From: Fimbriimonadales bacterium
GTDB lineage: Bacteria > Armatimonadota > Fimbriimonadia > Fimbriimonadales > ATM1
Direction: 5' to 3'
Length of the DNA: 49,372 nt
Assembly (NCBI GenBank): GCA_051003155.1
Contig: JBPCLO010000001.1
Span: 1-49,372 of the forward strand
In this document: piece after piece, positions 9,375 to 19,134 of the stretch
Layout of the letters: every line of letters begins with the position of its first letter
Position numbering within the stretch: position 1 is the first letter of the stretch
Program-made: the position numbers and the translations under genes
Notes under the pieces: generated by a model
What the model saw: only the letters and a program-made list of their open reading frames with translations
Told to the model about the DNA's origin: nothing
Database searches by the model: none

Positions 9375-9863
9375 CTAGCCTCTTCCGTCGTAAGCTCGCT
9401 CAAGCGCGGCGATGTCGATCTTTTTCATGTCCATGAGAGCTACCATTGCTCGCTCACCCTTGGCACGGTCAGGGTCGTGAATCATCTTCATGAGCACCGT
9501 TGGAACGATCTGCCAGGACAGCCCGAACCTGTCCTTGAGCCAGCCGCATGGCTGAGTTTCGCCGCCTTCGGACAGCTTGGCCCAAAACTCATCTACTTCC
9601 TCTTGGGTTTCGCAGTTCACCATGAACGAGACTGCCTCGGTGAACTTGAACATCGGGCCGCCGTTCAGCCCCAGGAACTCCTGGCCTTCGAGCTCGAAGT
9701 CCACGGTCATGACCGATCCGGCTGGCTGGCCGGCAACTTCCGCGACGGCGTCGCTGTACCGTGAAATCCGGCCGATCTTGGAGTTCTTGAAAATTGATGC
9801 GTAGTAGTTCGCCGCCTCTTCAGCTTGGCCGTCGAACCACAGGCAGGGTGTGATCTTTTGCAT
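9375..9863 (-). CDS. VOC family protein (PhnB/3-demethylubiquinone methyltransferase-like)
   Basis: MQKITPCLWFDGQAEEAA, LNGGP.FKF.EA.SF, CGWLKDRFGLSWQIVP motifs. Confidence 0.93.
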   Translation of the reverse strand: MQKITPCLWFDGQAEEAANYYASIFKNSKIGRISRYSDAVAEVAGQPAGSVMTVDFELEGQEFLGLNGGPMFKFTEAVSFMVNCETQEEVDEFWAKLSEGGETQPCGWLKDRFGLSWQIVPTVLMKMIHDPDRAKGERAMVALMDMKKIDIAALERAYDGRG

Positions 9864-9915
9864 GGCCTCAGTCTACGGCAAGCAGGCTGACAGGGTTCAG
9901 GCTACACTTGTTGCC

Positions 9916-10671
9916 GTGGCAAATGCTTCGCTTGACCGGGCGGTCGAGGTGTTCGTGCACGGCTTTTGCTTCGGACGGAGTATCAAGCATCCGTACGAAG
10001 CCGAAAAGATCGCCGGACTGTGGGTGTTGCGAGACGCGCCTGGCGCGAAAAAACCGCGAAAAACGGAGGTCATCGCGCACGGCATTGCGCCCGAGATGGT
10101 GTTTAGCAAGATCGCGGACTCGGTCCCGGAATGGCATTTTGTTTGTCACATGTACGGGCCGGAAGAGTCCGGCGACAAGATACGCTCCGCGTACAAGGGA
10201 GCCGGCTACCGCGCGATCGCCACGGAGTGGACGTTCGGACACGACTTGAGAAATATTCCTGAAGTAGTGATCGACCCGCCTGTGAAACGGGTCCTCGACC
10301 CCGCCGACGCCGACCGCATCGCAAAGGCCGCGAGGGGGAGGCAGATTAGAGACGAAGACCTCGTCGCGGATCAGCCCAAGCAACGGCTTTATGCGGTAAT
10401 GGATTCCAGTACCGTGTTTGGATGGGTGAGCAGCATTCCAGTTGGTGATGCGGCCTGGGTGGCGAACCTCTTCGTGGATAAGAAACACCGCGGCCGGGGC
10501 TTAGGACGCGCGCTCATGAGCAAGCTGCTCCTCGACGACAGCGAGGAAGGGCTGACGGCCAGCTACCTCCTGGCGAGCACGGCGGGCGCGCGGCTCTATC
10601 CCCATTTGGGCTACGAACGGATCGGCACGATGCAGGTCTTTTGTCCGGCCAAGCGCTTGCCTGGAGGTTGA
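9916..10671 (+). CDS. GNAT N-acetyltransferase
   Basis: C-terminal FV...HRGRGLGRALM and AGARLY..LGY motifs; GTG 9916 preceded by TACACT (9903-9908). Confidence 0.85.
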   Translation: MANASLDRAVEVFVHGFCFGRSIKHPYEAEKIAGLWVLRDAPGAKKPRKTEVIAHGIAPEMVFSKIADSVPEWHFVCHMYGPEESGDKIRSAYKGAGYRAIATEWTFGHDLRNIPEVVIDPPVKRVLDPADADRIAKAARGRQIRDEDLVADQPKQRLYAVMDSSTVFGWVSSIPVGDAAWVANLFVDKKHRGRGLGRALMSKLLLDDSEEGLTASYLLASTAGARLYPHLGYERIGTMQVFCPAKRLPGG

Positions 10672-10911
10672 GCGCCCTCGCGAGACCCTGGAGTGGTTCG
10701 CCTCACGGGACGTTCGAACTCCAGTCCGATCTATCGCCGACAGCAGGCGGGCTGACTTTCCAGAGCGTATTGGTACAGGGATCGCAGGCGGCTTTCACCA
10801 GCGCAATCTGCTCTCCATACAATTACGGGACGGTTTCGGCTTTAATGGAGATACTACTAGCACCTGGAGCCCCTTGCGCCAGGCGAACTACTTAACTAAG
10901 TGAGGTATGTC

Positions 10912-12714
10912 ATGACCAAACGCTACATAACCCCGGTGGCATTCTTGGCGTTCTCCTGCCTGTTTGTTTCGTCATCGGCCCAGGAGGCCCAAGGCAAACC
11001 CGTCAGGACTCAAAGCTTTGATGTTTCCAGATTAGACACGCGGGCGTTCTCCCCGCAAATCGACGATGCTTACGTTTTCCACGCGAAGCGGCCCGAAAAC
11101 CCGATCGAGATTCCCGAGACCCCGTTCACGCATAACGATTTGCCGGTCGGCCAGATTCGAGATGTCGTCCGCACGCAAATGGGGCCGCTGTTCCCTGCTA
11201 TCGGCGCGACGGGATGGACGCCAGCAGACCCCGATCTTGCTGTCGGCCAGAGCCACATCGTGGCGACCGTCAATTCGAGCGTCGCGTTCTTCACCAAGGC
11301 CGGAGTTTCTCAGTTCCAGCAAACATCCGAAAATTTCTTTGCGGGGATGGGCGCCGGCACTTTCCAGTTCGACCCGAAGTGCTTTTACGATAGGGTGCAC
11401 AACCGGTTCGTGTTCATTTTCCTCGAACAGGCGGACACACCGCGAACGAGCAAGATCCTGATGGCCGTCTCCGATGACGGCGATCCCAATGGAACTTGGT
11501 ACCGGTACAGGCTGGAGTCTAAACTGGTAATCGGTACCTCGGAGTACTGGCTCGACTATCCGGGCTTCGGCTACAACAAAGACGCGTTCGTCATTTGCGG
11601 CAACATGTTCGGCTTCACGACGGGCTTTGCCGGAGTCTATTTCCTAGTGATTCCGAGCGCTGCGGTGCTTTCGGGAGGTTCGGCTACCGTTAACTACATG
11701 CGGGATAGCTCCGGTGCTAGCGCCCAGGTGGCCGAGATGATCGACGCCGTGGAAACAAAGGTGTTCGCGATAAGCCGCAATGGCTCGAGCGCTGTCAAGG
11801 TGTATGCGCTCACGAACGTCGGCGGCACGCCTTCTTGGCAATCGGCGGGTGTAACAGTACCGACCAACTCCGCCCCCACGATCGACGCGGCCAGTACCAG
11901 CGGTCGAACCCTCGACTCGCTCGACGGCCGTATCTTCAATGCTAACTGGCGCGGCGGCAAGTTGATGGCCACGCACACGATCCAGAGCGGGTCTTTCTTG
12001 CGTGCCCGTTGGTACGAGATCAATACAAACTCGTGGCCAACTTCCGGCTCGCCCTCGCTGAGCATGTCCGGAGACGTGGCAGCAGGTTCCGCCCATCACC
12101 ACATGCCGGCGATCAACCGGAACTCAGTCGGTGCGGTTTCGATGATCTTTACGCGGAGCAGCTCGACGATCACGGCGGATATCATGAGTGCCGGGCGCGC
12201 GGCGGGAGACCCCGCCGGTACGATGGGCACCCCGGTTCTCTTGGAGGGCAGCGCGGGTAACAACTACACCCAAGGCCGCTGGGGCGACTACTTCGGATGC
12301 GACGTCGACCCTGTCGACGACAAGACCTTTTGGGGTATCGGCATGGGCGTTGCTTCTACCAATAACTGGCGTACGTCGATCTTCAGTTGGACGATCTCCG
12401 GCGAGCCTCCACCTCCGCCAGGCGCGGAACTCACCGGGCTGACCCTGAGCGACTACGACGTGCCGGGAGGCACAGTGGTTCCCGGAACGGTGACCTTGTC
12501 GGCGGGCGCGCCCACAGGAGGCGCGCAGGTGACGATGACGTCGTCACATCCAAGCATCGCCTCGGTTCCGTCTTCGGTCACAGTCGCCGAAGGGGTCACA
12601 TCGGCGAACTTCAATGTGACGACCGTTCGGCCACCCAGAACTACGAGCGTGACGATCAGCGCTACATACAACAACGTGACGTTGCAGGTGATTCTTCGCG
12701 TCAGCAAACGGTAG
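10912..12714 (+). CDS. Secreted protein: predicted beta-rich domain, Pro linker, C-terminal Ig-like domain
   Basis: Signal peptide; PADP..AVG..H, FDP...YD, DYPG.G and RWGDY motifs; EPPPPP linker; GTVTLS..AP.GG..V...SS...A.VP.SVTV Ig-like tail; GAGG SD. Confidence 0.8.
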   Translation: MTKRYITPVAFLAFSCLFVSSSAQEAQGKPVRTQSFDVSRLDTRAFSPQIDDAYVFHAKRPENPIEIPETPFTHNDLPVGQIRDVVRTQMGPLFPAIGATGWTPADPDLAVGQSHIVATVNSSVAFFTKAGVSQFQQTSENFFAGMGAGTFQFDPKCFYDRVHNRFVFIFLEQADTPRTSKILMAVSDDGDPNGTWYRYRLESKLVIGTSEYWLDYPGFGYNKDAFVICGNMFGFTTGFAGVYFLVIPSAAVLSGGSATVNYMRDSSGASAQVAEMIDAVETKVFAISRNGSSAVKVYALTNVGGTPSWQSAGVTVPTNSAPTIDAASTSGRTLDSLDGRIFNANWRGGKLMATHTIQSGSFLRARWYEINTNSWPTSGSPSLSMSGDVAAGSAHHHMPAINRNSVGAVSMIFTRSSSTITADIMSAGRAAGDPAGTMGTPVLLEGSAGNNYTQGRWGDYFGCDVDPVDDKTFWGIGMGVASTNNWRTSIFSWTISGEPPPPPGAELTGLTLSDYDVPGGTVVPGTVTLSAGAPTGGAQVTMTSSHPSIASVPSSVTVAEGVTSANFNVTTVRPPRTTSVTISATYNNVTLQVILRVSKR

Positions 12715-12725
12715 ATGAATGAATG

Positions 12726-12749
12726 TTCCCCCGCCTCGGGGCGGGGGAA
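12726..12749. terminator. Hairpin between convergent genes
   Basis: TTCCCCCGCC-TCGG-GGCGGGGGAA perfect 10-bp stem. Confidence 0.7.
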
Positions 12750-12754
12750 TGCAG

Positions 12755-13163
12755 CTATCCTTTCGTGCGCCGCCAAAGGGTGGCGCGGGAGTCTCCGGCC
12801 GAGTTTTCGCTCATACCGATGACATCCCCGGAAGCGTTGATGTCATTGCAAAGGCGTTGTCGCCGCCGAGGGTCGGGAGCGTGGCGATTGTGCCCTTGTA
12901 CCAGGCAATCGCCGACTGAAGTCCGTTAATATCTTCAGAAATACCGGCGATGATCCCTCGCTCGTTGATGGCTTGAGCGAAGCTCCAAATGTATCCCGAG
13001 GGTACGCCCATATCGGCCATGACGCCGTCCTCCCACTCACGCCGTCTTCCCATAAGAAGCCGCGCTCAGCGAAGTCAGCGGTATCACTTGTGCCGACCAC
13101 CTGGCCCCTATCGTTCATCCGCTCGGCGATGCTCGCTGGTCCTCCCAGAGTGCCCAAGTCCAT
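12755..13163 (-). pseudogene. HAF-repeat extracellular protein remnant
   Basis: DLGTLGG..S.A..MND.GQVVG.S repeats spread over three frames (two frameshifts); no signal peptide; begins just downstream of the tRNA. Confidence 0.85.
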
Positions 13164-13206
13164 CGGCTGATAATCGGGTCCATCAGCAATCGGAGCGGCC
13201 GAGTGT

Positions 13207-13292
13207 TGGTGGGCAAGGAGAGACTCGAACTCTCACGGCTATTAACCGCTGGAACCTAAATCCAGTGCGTCTACCAATTCCGCCACTCGCCC
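13207..13292 (-). tRNA. tRNA-Leu (anticodon TAG)
   Basis: GGGCGAGTGGCGGAATTGGTAGACGCACTGGATTTAGGTTCCAGCGGTTAATAGCCGTGAGAGTTCGAGTCTCTCCTTGCCCACCA: cloverleaf, long variable arm, encoded CCA. Confidence 0.97.
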
Positions 13293-13309
13293 GGGACGCA
13301 GAATGATAC

Positions 13310-13726
13310 CTATTCCCTTCGTTTCGCGGGCTGGGGTCCGAACCAGTGGTCATTTCTGCCGGGCGCCAATTCTTCGTGGAGCTTCGCCAGCAACTCCATT
13401 GCGTGGGACTCGAAATGAAACGATCCTCCGACATCTCCTTGCCAGACGTCTTCGATAACCCACTCCGGCACCGGCAGGTACACGATCCTCTCCGGAGGAT
13501 CGACACCGACCGTCAGCACCGTTGCCGAGGACTTTGCGTCGGGGAAGATGTATTCGAGGTGGACGGCATCGGGATCGTACTTGGTCGCGCCCATTTGTGG
13601 TGCGCCCTTTGTTAGCGCCTGTTTCAGCGCTGCCTTATCGCACTCGCAGCCGTCGGGCACCTGCCCTGACTTGAGCGCTTCGTAAATCTCCGTTTTCTTT
13701 TGCGCGGCCCACTCGTTCAGAGTCAC
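13310..13726 (-). CDS. Hypothetical protein
   Basis: Protein-like composition (VPEWVIEDVWQG..GSFHF); TATCCT 6 nt before the GTG. Confidence 0.75.
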   Translation of the reverse strand: MTLNEWAAQKKTEIYEALKSGQVPDGCECDKAALKQALTKGAPQMGATKYDPDAVHLEYIFPDAKSSATVLTVGVDPPERIVYLPVPEWVIEDVWQGDVGGSFHFESHAMELLAKLHEELAPGRNDHWFGPQPAKRRE

Positions 13727-13797
13727 GAGCTTAGGATATCCGATTTCGCCGAGGTCGTCAAAGAAACTCGATATGATTCCGTCGAGGTTCGATGTAG

Positions 13798-13829
13798 AAA
13801 AGAACAGCTACCCGCTCTGGGGTAGCTGC
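13798..13829 (-). terminator. Rho-independent terminator of the redoxin gene
   Basis: Minus strand CAGCTACCC-CAGAGC-GGGTAGCTG followed by TTCTTTTT. Confidence 0.85.
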
Positions 13830-13868
13830 AGTTTCTTTGCGGTCGCGCAGTTCCGTTTCGCGTCGTTC

Positions 13869-13896
13869 AACAGATTCCCAACTGGGAATCTACGTT
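13869..13896 (-). promoter_or_regulatory. Putative bacterial SECIS element
   Basis: AAC-GT(bulge)-AGATTCCC-AGTT-GGGAATCT-GTT; apical loop begins 20 nt after the UGA, with G at loop position 2; no U-tail. Confidence 0.7.
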
Positions 13897-14464
13897 AGAT
13901 GCTTCAGCCGGCCATCCAATTGGCGGGAGCACCCTTGAAGTCGATCTTGATCGGTGCCTTGCCGAGCGCCTTCGCGGAAGCTGCGGATGTTTCTTCGAGG
14001 AAGCCGCGCGAGAAGCCGCTCCAAAACTTGATGACCTTGCCGTCTTTGCCGATCAGCGCGGAGCTGGGCGCCTTCTCGACGCCGTAGGCCTTGATGACCT
14101 TATATCCTGGATCGAGTACGACAGGGTACGGCGCCGCATGCGCTTCGTTCCATTTCAGGAACCCGTCCTTCCCGCTATTGACAACCCCGATCACCTTGAT
14201 GCCTTGCGCCCGATAGGCTCTAGCATACTTGGTGTACTGCGGTGTCGCAATTCGGGAAACCGGACACGTGGTACCTATGAAGTACACCAAAACCGGCCCC
14301 TTTTTGAGCTCTTCCTTGAGACTTACGACCTTCCCGTCGGCCGTGTTGCCGGTTATTCCCGGCGCAACAGTGCCGGGCTTAGGCGCATCGGCAAGTCCGG
14401 CTGCGCAAGCAACCGCTACTGCGGCGACGGTTGCGGCCAGGCCACATAACCTGAAATGTTTCAT
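13895..14464 (-). CDS. Secreted AhpC/TSA (thioredoxin-fold) redoxin; probable selenoprotein ending G-U-S-I
   Basis: Signal peptide, G..AP, TTCPVS motif; in-frame TGA (13904-13906) followed by AGC ATC TAA and a SECIS-like hairpin. Without readthrough the CDS ends at 13904. Confidence 0.8.
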
Positions 14465-14503
14465 ATCAGTGATTATGGAAGATTTCACGAAAGAGTTCCC
14501 GGA

Positions 14504-15574
14504 TTAAACGCTCACGTCAACGGGTTCATCCTTGCCGGAGTCGCTGCTCTTATACAGCGCATCGAAAATAGCGTTGAGGATGAGACCCTGCTCGCCGGGG
14601 ACAGGCGACGGCCGACCCTCGACGATCGCGTCAACAAACGCCTCGACCTCAGCGTTGTACATCGAGTTGACGGCCGGTATGTTCTGCGGCACCATGTCGA
14701 AGAGCTGCTGCTGTACCTCCGAGTAAAGCGTTATCGGTTTGTCTGAAAACAGATCGAGGAGCGCACCGGCGTCGGTTCCGAACAAATGACAGCCGAAGAA
14801 CTCCTTCTCCATGTTGCCCATAAAGCTCGATTCCAGGGTTATCGATGCGCCGTTTTCGAAGCGAATTAGTCCGACGGCGAAATCTTCCACGGTGAATTTC
14901 GATCGGTCGTAATCGCCCCATGCGTTGTAATGTTTGGGATCGGGGCCCATTTTCTGGAATGTGACGCCGCTGGCGATGACAGGCTTGGGGTAGCCCATTA
15001 GGTAGAGCGTCAGGTCGAGGATGTGCACCCCGATATCGATGAGCGGCCCGCCGCCTTGCTTCTCCTTGTCGATAAAAACCCCCCATCCGGGAACTTCACG
15101 CCTGCGCAAAGCCATCGACCGTGCGTAATAAATATCTCCCATGTGGCCGTTATCGATGTACTGCCGCATGAATCGAACAGGGCCGCCGAAGCGCCATTGG
15201 AGCGCGATTTGGAGCAGCTTGCCTGTCTCGCGCTGAGCTCGAATCATCTCGCGGCACTCGTCGCCTTTCATTGCCATGGGCTTTTCGCACAACACGTGCT
15301 TGCCCGCATATAACGCGTCGACGGTGATCTGCTTATGCAATGCGTTTGGCGTTGCGACGCTTACCGCGTCGATTTCGGGCATCGCCAAGAGGTCTCTGTA
15401 GTCCGTGAACGTCTTGGCCACGTTGAACTTCGCGGCCGCATCCTTCCCTTTTTCCAGGTTCACGTCAGCAATCGCCACTATGTCGCACTTATCGGGGATC
15501 GCAGAGTACCCAGGCAAGTGAGCCAGCTTGGCTATCATTCCCGTACCGATGATCCCTATTCCTAACTTACTCAA
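14504..15574 (-). CDS. Gfo/Idh/MocA family oxidoreductase
   Basis: GIIGTGMIA, HVLCEKPMA, GGGPLIDIGVH motifs; TTG start after a GAGGAG SD, overlapping the terC end. Confidence 0.93.
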   Translation of the reverse strand: MSKLGIGIIGTGMIAKLAHLPGYSAIPDKCDIVAIADVNLEKGKDAAAKFNVAKTFTDYRDLLAMPEIDAVSVATPNALHKQITVDALYAGKHVLCEKPMAMKGDECREMIRAQRETGKLLQIALQWRFGGPVRFMRQYIDNGHMGDIYYARSMALRRREVPGWGVFIDKEKQGGGPLIDIGVHILDLTLYLMGYPKPVIASGVTFQKMGPDPKHYNAWGDYDRSKFTVEDFAVGLIRFENGASITLESSFMGNMEKEFFGCHLFGTDAGALLDLFSDKPITLYSEVQQQLFDMVPQNIPAVNSMYNAEVEAFVDAIVEGRPSPVPGEQGLILNAIFDALYKSSDSGKDEPVDVSV

Positions 15575-16373
15575 TGCTCTTCTTCTCCTCGTTGGTTTCC
15601 TTATGTTCTGAGCTGCGAACATGATAAGTTTGTTGGATATCTTCCGCAGCCATCTTTATCTCCGCATCGTCGCCCAGGTCCGGTGGCACGCGGCGAGCAA
15701 GAATGATGCCCACAACCAAAATAACCACCATGCCGCTCCAAAAGACCCATGGGTCGAGATGAGGGAACTCCGGGCCCCTTCCCGTCGATTCGTGGAACGA
15801 GGCCAGGGACATGAAGGCCAACTTTACCGCGACCCAGCCGACCAAGACGTAGGCCATGTGCTCCAGGCCCGGCATCCTGTCGAGCAAACGAACAAGTACG
15901 AACGCAGCGAATCTCAGTAGGACTACGCCACTAATGCCACCGACCCAGACGATCCAGATCTTGTCGCTAAGGCTCACCGCTACAAGAATGCTGTCGACTG
16001 CAAACACGAGGTCCGTGAACTCTACGATCGCAACGGTTTTCCAGAAGCCGGGCAGCTTTCTGGGCACTTTCACCACGTGCTGCGACCGGTGCCGCAAGAA
16101 GTGCTTGATGGGAAGGTAAAGCAGATAGATCGCACCCAGCATCTGCAGATACCAATAGTCGATTAGGCTTTGGGCAAGGAGGATGGCAGCGAAACGAAAA
16201 GTGAACGAGCCGACCAAGCCCACGAGGAGCGCCTTTCGCCGTTCCTGAGGGGGCAGGTGCTTGACGAGCAGCGCGATTACAAGCGCGTTATCCGCGGAAA
16301 GTAGGCCCTCGAGGAGGATGAGAATGCCAATCGTGCCCACATCTCCGAGGACCGAGGCTTCAGCGATTGGCAT
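15567..16373 (-). CDS. TerC family membrane protein
   Basis: LEGLLSADNALV and EFTDLVFAVDSI motifs. Confidence 0.93.
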   Translation of the reverse strand: MPIAEASVLGDVGTIGILILLEGLLSADNALVIALLVKHLPPQERRKALLVGLVGSFTFRFAAILLAQSLIDYWYLQMLGAIYLLYLPIKHFLRHRSQHVVKVPRKLPGFWKTVAIVEFTDLVFAVDSILVAVSLSDKIWIVWVGGISGVVLLRFAAFVLVRLLDRMPGLEHMAYVLVGWVAVKLAFMSLASFHESTGRGPEFPHLDPWVFWSGMVVILVVGIILARRVPPDLGDDAEIKMAAEDIQQTYHVRSSEHKETNEEKKSIE

Positions 16374-16418
16374 GCGACTCCGAGGATTCTGCCATATTGG
16401 AGCAGTCGATTACGAGTC

Positions 16419-17390
16419 TTACCGGCTTAGCGGCCAGATGCGCACAAGTTGATCTTCCCCACCGCCCGCGAGAGACTTACCGTCCGGAGAAAAGGCTAGG
16501 GCGAAGACCCAGTAGTCGAGGGCAGCCTTCTTGGCAACTGACTTGCCGGTCGCAGCATCGAAGATTTCGACCGCGCTCTTTCGGTCGCCCGCATTCGATG
16601 CCGTGGCAATTAGCTTGCTGTCCGCCGAGAACGCCAGGCCGAAGACTATTCCCTTGTGCGAAATGTCCATGATCTGCTTCCATTCGGGGACTGTCCAGAG
16701 TTTGACCGCGTGGTCCTCGCTGCCGGCGGCGAGAGACTTGCCGTCCGACGAGAACGCAATGCACGACACGGTCTTGCCGAACGATTCGATCGTTTTGACG
16801 AGTGACCCGTCGGCGGAGTTAAAAATCGAAACGGTGCCGTCGGTGTTGCCCGTTGCAAGGAGCTTCCCGTCTGGAGACAATGCCGTGCAGTCGGCCGGAC
16901 CCTGCAGCAGCCGGATCGGGCGGGATTCGCCGGCGGGGGCCGGCCCGCTGCCCATAGTGTAAACGACGAGCAGATCTTGATAACCGCCGACGGCAAGCTT
17001 TGTTCCGTCCTTGGAGAACGCGAGGGAGCAGATAATATCGGAGTTCGCGAAGCCGAGTTCGGACGAATTCTCGATTATTTTAACGCTCTCGAACGACGAT
17101 GCGTTCAGAATCGTCACCTGGTCGAGATTGGCCAACGCGAGGCGGCTACCGTCTGCGCTCAATGCGGTCGGACCGGCCACCTCGATTTGCTTGAGGCTCT
17201 TCTGGGAACTAAGTTGCCAGACTATTGCCTCCCCATCAGTTGCGGAAACTAACGTCCCTTTCGCCGGATCCGAGGGGAATGCAAGGTATCGCACGGCGGC
17301 AGTATGACCCTCGAGCGCGCTTTCGCGGCCGTCGAAGTACACCGGGGATTGTATCCCTGCTAGAGCCGCGACGAGCAGTGGGAGAATCAT
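16419..17390 (-). CDS. Secreted WD40-repeat protein
   Basis: Signal peptide; repeated AFS.DGK.LA.G..D..V.LW units. Confidence 0.9.
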   Translation of the reverse strand: MILPLLVAALAGIQSPVYFDGRESALEGHTAAVRYLAFPSDPAKGTLVSATDGEAIVWQLSSQKSLKQIEVAGPTALSADGSRLALANLDQVTILNASSFESVKIIENSSELGFANSDIICSLAFSKDGTKLAVGGYQDLLVVYTMGSGPAPAGESRPIRLLQGPADCTALSPDGKLLATGNTDGTVSIFNSADGSLVKTIESFGKTVSCIAFSSDGKSLAAGSEDHAVKLWTVPEWKQIMDISHKGIVFGLAFSADSKLIATASNAGDRKSAVEIFDAATGKSVAKKAALDYWVFALAFSPDGKSLAGGGEDQLVRIWPLSR

Positions 17391-18094
17391 TACCTCTTTC
17401 GGATCTCGTATCGGACGGTCAAGCTGGCCGTGATCGTCACCTGGCCAGGCTCGACGGGAGTATCAGCCTTCATCGCGGCGAAAGCCTCGCCACGGTACAT
17501 GGGCGGCGGCATAACCTGAGCGCCACCCTCGACGACCTCGAAAACCCCGCCGAGCTCGATACCGAGGGCTTGGGCCATCACCTCTGCTTTCTGCCGGGCT
17601 TCCGCAGCGGCCTCCCGCAGAGCTTCAAGCCTGACCCGCGTGTCATCCTTCATCGCGAAGCCGATGTTCTCCACGGTATTCGCACCCGAGGACACGCCCG
17701 CGTCGACTACTTTCCCGATCAGGTCGAAGTTTTCCACGCGGACAGAAAGAACGTTTTGCGCCTGGTATCCGCTGATTCGCATCGGCTCGCCAGGCTTGGG
17801 ATTATCGTACATCGGATTCAGCATAAGACGCGAGGTCTGCACATCTTTCTTGTCGATTCCCAGCCGCTGCATTTCTGCGAGAAACTTCTGGATGATGACG
17901 TTGGCCTTCTCTTGGGCGTCCCGTGCGTTCGGCGCCTGGGTCATTACGCCAATTCCGACAGTCGCCTGATCCGGGGCGGTTTTCACCTCCGCGGAACCCA
18001 TCACCGTAAGCAACGGTAGCTGCTGCCTATCGCCCTGTGCCGACGCGATGCTCCCGGCCATAACCAACGTCAATGCAGTAAGTACTCCTGTCAT
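17390..18094 (-). CDS. SIMPL/DUF541 domain protein
   Basis: V.GSAEV...PD.A, AL..A...AR.KA..MA..LG, PGQV...ASL.V.Y motifs; signal peptide. Confidence 0.92.
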   Translation of the reverse strand: MTGVLTALTLVMAGSIASAQGDRQQLPLLTVMGSAEVKTAPDQATVGIGVMTQAPNARDAQEKANVIIQKFLAEMQRLGIDKKDVQTSRLMLNPMYDNPKPGEPMRISGYQAQNVLSVRVENFDLIGKVVDAGVSSGANTVENIGFAMKDDTRVRLEALREAAAEARQKAEVMAQALGIELGGVFEVVEGGAQVMPPPMYRGEAFAAMKADTPVEPGQVTITASLTVRYEIRKR

Positions 18095-18176
18095 ATTTCA
18101 CCTTGTATCACTAATTTACGCGTGGACGGCACGCGGCGGAACTAAGCATTTTAGTTCCGCCTCGAACGAACCGAGA

Positions 18177-18983
18177 TCAATAGTTCGGATAGATACCTTT
18201 TTGACTCGAGAACATCGGCCTGCGCAGCGAGCCGTAGGCAATGCGCTTTGCGTGGCCATCGGCCCAGATCGTCACCGCAGCCTTCCGGTGCAGGAAGTGG
18301 AAGTGCTCGGTCAGGTTTTCTTGATTCGGCGGCGAGTCGTACCAGTTCGGCGGTTGCAAGAAGTTGCAAACGGGCGCCCTTGCTAGGTGCTCCCAGCCTA
18401 CAAGCGTGTATGCAGGTTCGTCGACGTCCGACCCGGGCGCTCCGATCATGTCGTAGCTTCCGTCGGGCGCATAGCGGAAGACCTTGGACGCAGGGCCATA
18501 CTCGTTGTTGCGGGCGGCAGGGTTCTGGTTGTAGTAACTCGAATCAAACGCCGGGTTAAACCAGTTGGTCGCGTAGGCCATCTGCCACTCGTCGGGCATC
18601 ATCGGGCACCGCTTGATCTGCTCGTCTTTGATATACGGGTCGATCGCGCCGGGCCTCGGCTTGTTTTCGGCCCTCTCGTAAACGTGGCCCCAGAAACCCC
18701 CGTCGAGGCCGAAATTCTTGTTATCGTAGCCCAGCCACATTTGCTGGTTGGCATAACCCTGTTGCGGTTGATAACTGGACGCAGAGAACCATGTATCGTC
18801 GTTGTCGCTCAAGTAAAGGTGCATGGCCCTCCCGATTTGCTGGAAGTGCGTGGTACACACCGTGGTTTTGGCAGAGACCTTCGCTTGGGCGAAGACCGGG
18901 AAGAGAATGGCGGCAAGAATGGCAATGATCGCAATTACTACAAGTAGTTCGATGAGCGTAAAAGCGCGCTTTACAACTTTCAT
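18177..18983 (-). CDS. Prepilin-type N-methylation domain protein with H-X9-DG C-terminal motif (DUF1559-like)
   Basis: AFTLIELLVVIAIIAILAAILFPVFAQAK and HRKAAVTIWADGHAK; GGAGG SD. Confidence 0.92.
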   Translation of the reverse strand: MKVVKRAFTLIELLVVIAIIAILAAILFPVFAQAKVSAKTTVCTTHFQQIGRAMHLYLSDNDDTWFSASSYQPQQGYANQQMWLGYDNKNFGLDGGFWGHVYERAENKPRPGAIDPYIKDEQIKRCPMMPDEWQMAYATNWFNPAFDSSYYNQNPAARNNEYGPASKVFRYAPDGSYDMIGAPGSDVDEPAYTLVGWEHLARAPVCNFLQPPNWYDSPPNQENLTEHFHFLHRKAAVTIWADGHAKRIAYGSLRRPMFSSQKGIYPNY

Positions 18984-19134
18984 GACACACCTCCGGTAGC
19001 CGTATTTTATTGGTGCTGGGACCTTCGGTTGCATCCCATAACGGTGTTTACCCGATATCGGCGGCCGGCCGCCTGGTCAGATCGAACATTGCCTGTACAA
19101 CCTGCAGATGAGAAGGGGATTATCGATTCTTCGT

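Noticed and set aside
10689..10725. GTTCGAA-containing hairpin resembling a tRNA T-arm
   Set aside because: No cloverleaf can be built; likely a simple intergenic hairpin.
13872..13891. Hairpin after the redoxin read as a terminator
   Set aside because: No U-tract, and a complete terminator exists just downstream; SECIS fits better.
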